Shown one piece after another: positions 53,386 through 64,000 of a DNA stretch of 64,000 nucleotides. Each line of letters opens with the position of its first letter. Position 1 is the first letter of the stretch. The position numbers were made by a program, and so were the translations under genes. The notes under the pieces were generated by a model. That model saw only the letters and a program-made list of their open reading frames with translations, was not told the origin of the DNA and did no database searches. Origin of the DNA: the human T2T-CHM13v2.0 reference genome, Homo sapiens; the NCBI RefSeq assembly GCF_009914755.1, contig NC_060946.1; one strand, written 5' to 3'.

Positions 53386-54793
53386 TATATTTTTATTTTT
53401 TTATAAGTGACAATGAGATGTCCTCATGATTTAAATAGTAGTCAAAACACTGGCACAGTTTAAATTTTTAGAATTTGAGTACTAGAATTACAATATTTGA
53501 AAATGGAGTCTGTACTTTGTTGTAAAACTATAAAGAGAAAATGTCACTAAAACAGGAGCTATTTTATCTTTTCCCAGAGTTATTCTCCCAGAGTGTATTT
53601 TCTAAGAGTTTTTTCCCAGACGGTTTTAGAACTTTTGGCAGTTTCGGTGATATATTCTGTAAAAGCCCTTAGTCTTAATAGGAATAACACATAGTTTTGA
53701 TTGCCTTAAATTTTAATTGCTTCACTTGGCAAATTTATGTGTAAATTTCATATTCTGTGGTATTTTAATATCTTGCTTGTGGAGAAGAGGAAAAAGAGGA
53801 ATGAGAGTAATATTCAGTCCTTGCATTGAGCTTTTGCCAAAGAAGTCTAAACAATTTCTAAAATGCCATTCAATAAGGCCATTTTAGAAGTGTTTATATG
53901 ACTCTTATAACTTTAAAATAAAGAGTCTTGAAGTTAATTAAAACTCACTTTGCTTGTGATGGGTTCTACATAAACATGGCAGATTTAATCAGCCAGAATT
54001 AAAAAGTAATTCTATATTACTAAGGAGAAGAAACTGCCACATGACAGTAGTCTCCAAATCTTTCATTTTTGGAGTCTGCCTTTTATGCCTAGATTTTAAA
54101 ATACTAATTGAAAAAAATATAGTTTACTTCCATTTGTGATTTAATTTTATTTCTAGAAATAAAAATATAGATAGTGTTTCATCTAAAAACTGCTAAACCA
54201 GACTTTCATTTTAAGGGCATGACAGAAATAAGGAAAGACTAACTTGGTTCTATTACTTAACATATTATTTATTCAGGTAGTCACCAAAACCAGAATTTAA
54301 AATCTATTCAGTTAACCCATTTAAAGTTGATGTGTTTTACTCCTTTTTTTTTTCTTTTTGTAGTGATCTTTTTAACTGAATTACTGGACATCATGGGGAG
54401 TTCTACTCCTCCTATATGGAAACTTAGGCTATCTTACCAAGTTCAATATTCAAAGTTTTTCTTTCTGCCATTAAGTTTGTTTAATTTTATATTAAGCTCA
54501 GTTTGTATTATGATATCAAATTCAGCCTGAGGGATTACTTTAAACTTTCCTAGGGTATTTACAGATTTAATTTGTTCTTACAGTATGTAAATACCAAGAG
54601 AGCATTCCATTTAATATTATTTTTATTAAATTAACTTTGGAGTAAAAAGTCCAAGAAAAGCCCTGTACTGAAATCACATGTTTACTAAATCCTGGATTTT
54701 CTGTACAGTCCCTACATATTTCTACTTTAAAATTCTTCTGTCTTGTGAAATAATTCATTAAAAGCAGCAGGCAGATGATGACAGGTAAACTTT

Positions 54794-55009
54794 TTAATGA
54801 TGTTCTAATGTTGACAATTGCAGTTTTATTTTGCTTGGATCATAATGGCGTGTAAGCAGTTTAGGCCCCAGAATGCCCATAAGTAGAGCTCCATTTGGAG
54901 CTGTGATCAAGATGGCTAAAAATGCTACTGTCATCACATCCTTCACATATGGTTCCAAGTGGGGTGCGGAGACTCTTGCTGTTTCTAGAGCCAGAGGACC
55001 TAACACAGC
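54794..55009 (-). pseudogene. SLC9B1P: SLC9B1 terminal exon, coding part
   Basis: tgtag|GCT GTG TTA GGT...; AVLGPLALETARVSAPHLEPYVKDVMTVAFLAILITAPNGALLMGILGPKLLTRHYDPSKIKLQLSTLEHH*. Confidence 0.93.
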
Positions 55010-57729
55010 CTACATTTAGGGGTAAAAATGGGGCATAAAGAAAAATATTAAACTGAGTTAATATATAATGTAAATGGCTCTGTCAAAATAAACAAAATCT
55101 AGTACTAGACTATTAGAAAAAAAAGTACTCAGTAATTTTCATAAGTTACTCATCAGTTCCATGTTCTTCCTAGCAAATATATGTGGAGGAAGAGTACAAT
55201 AGTGACAAATCAGCATGCAAACATTTTTGGGCTGATTTTGCACTCTTGTCCTCTCAGTGTTCCTCTATTCAAATATCTCTTTTGAGTGTTGCCCTCATAA
55301 CACCAGGAGTTCTAACGAAACTGGTTTTGCTTAGTTGCCTTTATCGTGTACCAGTGGTTTTTGACTACAAGAAGATAAAATAAAATATTAAGTTTTCTTA
55401 TGGTTCTCTAGGATTTGTTGCCCTTCTTATCATTGTTCTCCTTATTCAGGGGGCACTGGGTTATAGCAGAACTGACAGCAGGCTTGGAATTTAGCAAACT
55501 GAGTTTGAATTCTATTTTTGCTGCAACCAAGCTAGTGACCTTGTACAAATGACTCACACTCTCTAACCTTCTACTTACTTCCGTGTAAAACGAAGAACAA
55601 AATACTTATGTTACTGGACGGTTGTGAAAATTAAATATGAGAATGTGAAGAATACCTGGCACAGAGTAGATATTCAGATAGTAGTAAGTTTCTTTCTCCT
55701 TCACTCCTCATCCCCTGCCAGGTCAGAGAATGAGTTCCTTTGAAGTTTTTGTTTTAGAATGACTACTGGGTCACAAGTTTTTTCCCTAGTTACCTTCTAC
55801 CACATTATTTTTAATAACATAAAGCAAATTTCTTGCTAACTCTCTTTCCTTGTGTTTAATAACTAGGCATGAAATTGCCTTAAAATTTGGGGGAATTAAA
55901 TACCAATATGTAACATATTTTCTATGGAGTTGCAAAGTGACAACATAATGGTAGAAACATTACCTCTGATATGGAAAATTATGGCAAAAGAAGTCCTCAA
56001 TTTAAGATCAATTTCTATATCCTAAATCAATAATTTAAAATGGTATTATTTTTATATCATAACTTTTAATGTACTGAACATGATCCAGTGTGCTGGAGGA
56101 TGCTAGGGCGAAAAAAAAAATCATGCAGAAAACCACCTTGAAAGAATCTTACAGTTTAGAAGAGGATTTGAACATAAAAGAACTGCCAACAGAAAAAAAC
56201 AAAAACAAAAACCAAACCCATTGATTTTTAAGAGATGATGACGATAATGGTGAAACTAGAAATAATATTTTTATAGTTATATGGCATTCATCATATGTCA
56301 GGTATCATTCTTAAAGCTTTCCATTTATCAATTCATTTAATTCTTATGACAACCTTATTATGTGAGAACTTTTATTAGATGATAAATGATTTCCTCCTAG
56401 TGACTGAGATTTAATATTATTTCTTTAAAAAAATCCAATTGCCAAGCTGATCTTACATTTGTAAACTAAATTATTTATTTACTCTCCTAATAGCTTCTAT
56501 TTTTCCAGTCTAATTTTTATCAGTAACTCGAAACTAAGGAACAAGAGAAAGCTGAACCTTAGCCAATTTTATTTTAGCAGCAGAGAACGGTGGAAGAGGA
56601 TAAAGGTGAAAATAATTTAAAATTGAAATTTAAATATTTGTTGATCGTATTTACTTGTGACATTATTGTTATCTATTATCGCTGTTGTGACTCTACTTGT
56701 ATAAATAATTAATTTTTTATGTCTTGCCAGTTCCTGGAACCAGCTTGATATTCTTTGTGTAGAAGCTAGCCTGGAGCCAGCAGACATGAATAGGCAGAAG
56801 CAGAATAATACTGCAGGACTCGAGTGAGTGGTCTCTTTCCTCATACCTGCTTTTCTTTTTTCCCTGCTTTATGAAAATTATGAAATAATGAAACAAAATT
56901 GCAAGAGTATTGTTGGAAGGAGAGAGAACAGATACGCCTTTTGTAGATTTATTATTCCCTACAGTAGATATTAAAAATAAAAAGTTATTATTTATATTAC
57001 TTGAAGGTAAGATAAAATAACAACATTGTTTGTTAACTGAGCACCACCATATGCCAGAGAGAGTGCTAAGCACTTTAAGTGGATTATCTCATTGAATCCT
57101 GACAACACTGCTAAGAAACAGATACAGTCATAGACTTCATTGTAAGATGAGAACACTGAAGGACTGAGAGACTAGAAAATAATTTTCCTGAGGTTATAGG
57201 CAAGTAACATGGTATTCAAAACAGGTAGTCTGGCCCTAAGAACCTGCTTTTCTAACATGATAATAGGGGTTTTTTTGCATGAAAATTTAGGAGCTTCTGT
57301 TTTGGAATAACAACTAAGAAAAGAGCCACAGGAAATTAAGGTATATTATGCTGCCAAGTTAAACAGTCTAACAAGAAGTAGCAATATATTTTAGTAGGAG
57401 GAGAATATCCTTGAATAACAGGGCAAAATTACAAGGTTTCCCTTTCCGTTCATTCATCCTTGCAGGCATGCAATACGTATTTGCCTCTTGCATGTCAGGC
57501 ACTGTGTTAAGTGCCAGGGAGAAATAATGAAAAACAACTGCAACAACCAGACACTGTCCCTGTCCTTACATAGCCTATCAAGGGGGCGGGGGCAGGGATT
57601 TAGCCATTAACCAAATAGTATACAAATAAATGTGTAATTAAAAAAATATATGTGCATTTGTGTGATGGAGTGAGTGGCAAGGTAGGAAAAGTATTTTTTA
57701 AAAAATCAATGTGTCTCTATTTTACTTTA

Positions 57730-58022
57730 CTTTTTTTTGCGACAGGATCTCACTTTGTCACCCAAGCTGGAGTGAAGTGGCATGACCTCAGCTCACTGCA
57801 GCCTCAACCTCCCGAGTTCAAGCAATCCTCCTGCCTCAGCCCCCAAGTAGCTGTGACTACAGGTGCGTGCCACCACACCTGACTAATTTTTTTGTATTTT
57901 TTGTAGAGACAGGGGTTTTACCATGTTGCCCAGGCTGGTCTTGAACTCCTGAGCTCAAGTGATCTGTCTGCCTCAGCCTCCCGAAGTGCTAGGATTACAG
58001 GCATGAGCCACCATGCCTGGCC
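57730..58022 (-). mobile_element. Alu (AluJ-like)
   Basis: Antisense dimer. Confidence 0.9.
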
Positions 58023-58226
58023 TGTGTCTCTACTTTTTAAAATCATAACATTTAGCTTTGTTATATTCAGCAAAATATAAAAACTCCAATTTTCAGATAT
58101 ATTCTTATTATATATTTTAGGAAAATAAAAAACATATTTTCATAAACTTAGGAAGTACTTATTGAAAGAATGCTTTTTGATTTCAAAATAATTGCTTTTA
58201 AAACTGAGATTTCAAAAGGTTACATT

Positions 58227-59020
<794 letters not shown>

Positions 59021-59174
59021 GGTTACGTTAATTTTAATGAATAGTTATGATCAATCAAACATTTAAAAAGTAAGGATAATAGCTCATATTTTGTGATTGG
59101 AGTAACATTTTTCATTTTAAATTTTAAAAGCATCAAAACGAAAGCATTAAGCAATAGGCTTAATATGTTCTTAC

Positions 59175-59311
59175 CTGTACTGTAGCTTTGGGCATCCATG
59201 CTAAAGCAATAAATATTTTCTCCTTAAAACTAAAACCAGCAAAGCACATCAATAGATATGTGGTTAAAATTCGAACACATAATGCCAAACTCAGAGTAGC
59301 AACAGATATGC
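59175..59311 (-). pseudogene. SLC9B1P: SLC9B1 penultimate exon (137 bp)
   Basis: ttgtag|GCATATCT...GTACAG|gtaag; ISVATLSLALCVRILTTYLLMCFAGFSFKEKIFIALAWMPKATVQ. Confidence 0.93.
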
Positions 59312-59578
59312 CTACAACAGATGAAAACAAACATAAATAACAAAATATTTGTGAAGAAGTGTTCTTTATGCCCAGGAATATGATTTCTAAAACTTTTGAA
59401 AGCATTTTAAGGCTATTGTCTCTTCATGTGTTTAATTTTTACATAAAACAATGATAATAAAAAATGAATATGATGGAGGATTCTCTGTAAAGCGCAAGAC
59501 AGTATCTGATGGTGGAGGTACCATGAAAAATAAGACAGATGACATTTATACAATTCTGAACTAATAGACTTTTTTTGA

Positions 59579-59894
<316 letters not shown>

Positions 59895-60204
59895 AATAGT
59901 TTTAAATGAAAGTACTCAAAAAGTGCTGATCGTATCAAATATATTCCCTCAGGAAAGAAATCTTATATTTATTTCCTTAGATAACTCAGGGAAGATATTC
60001 AGGGCTGTCCTTGGTTGGTTTAAAAAAAAAAGAGCACACAGTGTAAAGGAAGAGCAATATGAAAATATGACACTGTATCAACATGTGTTTCTGAAGAAGG
60101 TCCTTGTAGCCATTCAAAGATATATTGTAAATAAAAATAAATGTATTTATAATTTTCTTAAATATTTTTGAATTTCATATTTTTTGTGCTGTAATTATTC
60201 TTAC

Positions 60205-60313
60205 CAAAAATATTTGATTCAAGTGATGAAACAGATACTTCTGCTCCAACTAAACCAAAAAGAAGTGGTTGAAAAATATCCCATACATTTGTAATAATCT
60301 TTTGGACTTTCAT
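60205..60313 (-). pseudogene. SLC9B1P: SLC9B1 third-last exon (109 bp)
   Basis: ttttctatag|ATGAAAGTC...ATTTTTG|gtaag; MKVQKIITNVWDIFQPLLFGLVGAEVSVSSLESNIF (read manually, not in the ORF track). Confidence 0.92.
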
Positions 60314-60388
60314 CTATAGAAAAGAGAAATACATTTATAATTATTTTGGCACATAAATATATTTCAGAAAGTTAAAGTCTCCCTCACC

Positions 60389-60692
60389 TTTTTTTTTTTT
60401 CACTTTTTAAGTATTTTAGAGATGGGGTCTTGCTCTGTTGCCCAGGCTGGAGTGTAGTGGCATAATCATAGCTCACTGTAGCCTTGAACTCCTGGGCTCA
60501 AGTGATCCTCTCACAGTCTCCCAAGTAGAACTACAGGTGTGTACCACCATGCTGGGCTAATTTTTAAATTGTTTATAGAGACGGGGTCTCGCTATATTGC
60601 CCAGGATGGTCTAGAACTCCTGTCTTCAAGTGGTCTCTGGCTGTGGCCTCCCAAAGCAGTGGCATTATAGACATGAGCCACCATGCCTGGCC
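60389..60692 (-). mobile_element. Alu (AluJ-like)
   Basis: Antisense dimer. Confidence 0.9.
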
Positions 60693-61659
60693 TAAAGTCA
60701 CTTAACTTTTAATAAATTTAAGACGCTTTATTTTAATAAAAATGTTAAACTTAAATAATAAAAACTGAGCACTTCAATAGTTTTACTCAAACAGGTAGAA
60801 TTTGATTAAAAGAGACTCACAAAGCAATAAAATAATACTATTTGGCCATTTTGTCACAGAATAAGTGATGTCCTTAGGGTTCTAGCCATGTTTCGTATGA
60901 GTTCCAGATTTTGTCTCTAAGTTAACTGAACAGAGATAGAACTACATCATGCCTGATGAGAACATACCGAGTTCATGCAAACATTTGGGTTCTCAGAAGG
61001 GGGTTGGGAAGCCTTCCACTAACAACCATCCTGGAACTCAATCCCATTAAAGTGAATCCTGATATATATAGCATATACTACTAGGAAAAACAATTTGGAA
61101 GTCTGTAAGGCCTGCTTCCAAAGAACCCATGTTGAATACTTTAAAGTTACTTTTTCCTTAAAACAAAACCAAAATATATATTAGATTCTCATTTAGCTGC
61201 CTACCCAGCTTCCCTTTCTGGAAACGAATGCCTCCCAGTGCTACTTCCCCAATTAAAAGGTTACAGGAAAGGCCCCTATTGGCCTACATTACTCTGGCTC
61301 TTCTCCAGGAATTTGGATGAAGAGATTAAACCCAGTCTCAGTCTGGGTTTAATTTTTTTTTAAACAGAAGATACATAAGAACTTTGATGTCTCTTCCTTG
61401 AGGCATAAACTGTCTTCATAACTATTTCCCTTATGACTGTGTTTTCTGATCCCCACTTATTATAGTTTAAAAAAAGAAAAACAAAGAAAAACGATGTTAC
61501 TACTCTTTACAGCATAATTATCCTATTTGTTACTTTTAATCTTTAAAACTTGTTTTAGTTCTGTTTCTTTTACCATTTAAAAAAATTCTAGCAGTTTTAA
61601 TTTTATTTATTGATTTGCATTTCATTCATTTCATTTCTTTTTTAATTATGATTATATAA

Positions 61660-62835
61660 GAATACTAAGCAAAATGCCACTACGATTTTTGATTAGGGAA
61701 CTTCTCAAGCTGATTCTAAAATTTATCTAAGAAAGAATATGTGTAGGAACAGCCAAAAAATACTTTAAAAAGAAGTATAATCTATATTAGATTTTGACAC
61801 ATAAAATTGCAGTGATTTAAAACAGTGGTATTGGCATAGAAATAGAGAAGTAGGATTAAATAGACTTCAGAGTTAATATATATGGGAGAATTTAGTTCAT
61901 GTTAAAAAACTGAATTATTAATGAATTGGTCAATAAATAAACAATTTGGCAAAAAATGACTATCTAGTTTATGTGCATATATCTGTATGTACATATTCAT
62001 CACATGCAAGTATATATGTGTGTCTGAATATGTATATATATTATGTGTGTGTATATATACATATATACACACACACATCAGGCATGATGTAGTACTATCT
62101 CTGTTCAGTTAACTTACAAACTGTATGTGTGTATGTGTATATATATATATATAGTTTGTAAGATACACATATGTATATATGTATAACCTTACCTTACAGC
62201 ATTCACAAAGATAAATTCCAGATAGATTAAAAGACTAAATGAAAAAACAAATTAAACAAACAAAAACTACCAAAATATTAAATGATAATACACAAAATAG
62301 TATATCTTTGTAATGTTTATATGTTATAATCTTCAGTGAGAAAGTCCTTCTTAAATGAGATGCAGAATCCAAAACCAAAAAAGGAAAACCCAATAGGTTT
62401 GGTCATAGGAAATTTTACTTTCATACACCAGACACCATAAACAAAGTTGAAGATAAGCAAAAATTATATCAATATATACATAACAAAGGATCAGTAGCCC
62501 TAACACTAAGAGAAACTATAAATTAGAAACAAAAAAATAAATAACCCAATAAAAATGGTCAAAGAAGATCATAGGTATTTTAAAAAGAATATATGAAGAG
62601 AAGCTGACTATACTACCAATCAGAGAAATGTAAATAAAGAATAACAACATCACATAATTGTAAGAAACTATAAGAATTGGATGGTGAGGTCATTTAATAG
62701 TAAAAAGAATAGAACTAGTGATAATATCAAGTGCTGTTGATGAGTTAAGGTATTAGATATTTTTGTGCACTGTTGGCAGAGTGTAAATAACCAAAATTTT
62801 TGGAGGGATAATTTAGCAGTGTCCATCAAAATAAA
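61660..62835 (+). mobile_element. Decayed old L1M ORF2 3' fragments containing a TA/TG/CA microsatellite (61975-62185)
   Basis: aaaacagtggtattggcatagaaatag, ataaattccagatagattaaaagactaaat and similar L1 motifs. Confidence 0.65.
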
Positions 62836-62850
62836 ACACAGATCATTTCC

Positions 62851-62985
62851 AGCCAGGTGTGGTAGCTCATGCTTGTAATCCTAGCACTTTGCAATGTCAA
62901 GTTGGGAGGATCCCTTGAGCTCAGGATTTTGAGACCAGCCTGGGCAACACAGACAGAGACTCTGTCTCAAAAAAAAAAAAAAAAA
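62851..62985 (+). mobile_element. Alu monomer (FLAM-like)
   Basis: Left-arm-type monomer plus poly(A). Confidence 0.85.
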
Positions 62986-62988
62986 TCA

Positions 62989-63294
<306 letters not shown>

Positions 63295-63479
63295 GACATG
63301 AACAACACTGTTTATGACAGCACTGTTTGTAAATAACAAAAAGTGGAAACGATCTTAATGTCTATAAATAGAATACTGGTTACTTAAAAAAATGTAAGGG
63401 GGTTAGATATTTGACAGTGGTGGGGAATAAAGAAATCTTTTACGTTTTATTCTATATGTTTTATGCTTTTACAAGCATT

Positions 63480-63815
63480 TCTATTTTTATTATTTATTTG
63501 TTTGTTTATTTTTGTGTGTGTGTGTGTGATGGAGTTTTGCACTTGTTGCCCAGGCTGGAGTGCAATGGCATGATCTCGACTCACTGCAGCCTCCACCTCC
63601 TGGGTTCAAGCAATGCTCCTGCCTCAGCCTCCTGAGTAGCTGGAATTACAGGTGCCCACCACCAAGCCACCATGCCCAGCTAATTTTTGTATTTTTAGTA
63701 GAGATGGAGTTTCAACATGTTGGCCACGCTGGTCTCAAACTCCTGACCCCAGGTGATCTGTCCACCTCGACCTCCCAAAGTCCTGGGATTACAGGCATGA
63801 GCCACCGTGCCTGGC
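63480..63815 (-). mobile_element. AluS with T-rich/(TG)n tail
   Basis: Antisense dimer. Confidence 0.9.
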
Positions 63816-64000
63816 CTTTTACAAACATTCTTCATGGATTAATTGTATAATTAAAATTTCAATGAATAAAATAATTAGATTGATATAAGTAATATAATAA
63901 TATTATATAAAACTTGGGAAAAAGAGAAGCCTGATGTGATTAACTGAACTTCTGATTCCATATTAGTATATTTCCACCTGCTTTTCCTAAATATTTTATT

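Noticed and set aside
61325-61361. Rho-independent terminator
   Set aside because: Eukaryotic intron; bacterial terminator logic does not apply

Overview
Human or great-ape pericentromeric DNA; no intact protein-coding gene is present. The window is a mosaic of segmental duplications. (1) 1-7.6 kb: Human Satellite 2 (GGAAT/ATC). (2) 7.6-12.5 kb: AT-rich DNA with old L1/L2 remnants. (3) 12.5-13.3 kb: GC-rich GCTTTTTGC minisatellite. (4) 13.3-23.4 kb: Xq28-derived ABCD1 exon 7-10 pseudogene duplicon ending in a half Alu. (5) 23.4-30.3 kb: subtelomere-type block with a 3'-truncated L1, an interstitial telomere array and TAR1. (6) 30.3-64 kb: 4q24-derived block with the CISD2 last exon, nested ERVL/MaLR/L1/Alu elements, a PABPC1 processed pseudogene and the last three SLC9B1 exons on the minus strand. 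Such mosaics are known at 2p11, 10p11, 16p11 and 22q11; the paralog cannot be determined without alignment. I see no convincing new biological system. The best leads are X-ALD-type substitutions in an otherwise open ABCD1 pseudogene, a fossil chromosome end cutting an L1, and a 41-bp inverted templated insertion in a TA repeat. Gene identities and residue numbers come from recall of reference proteins, not from a search.
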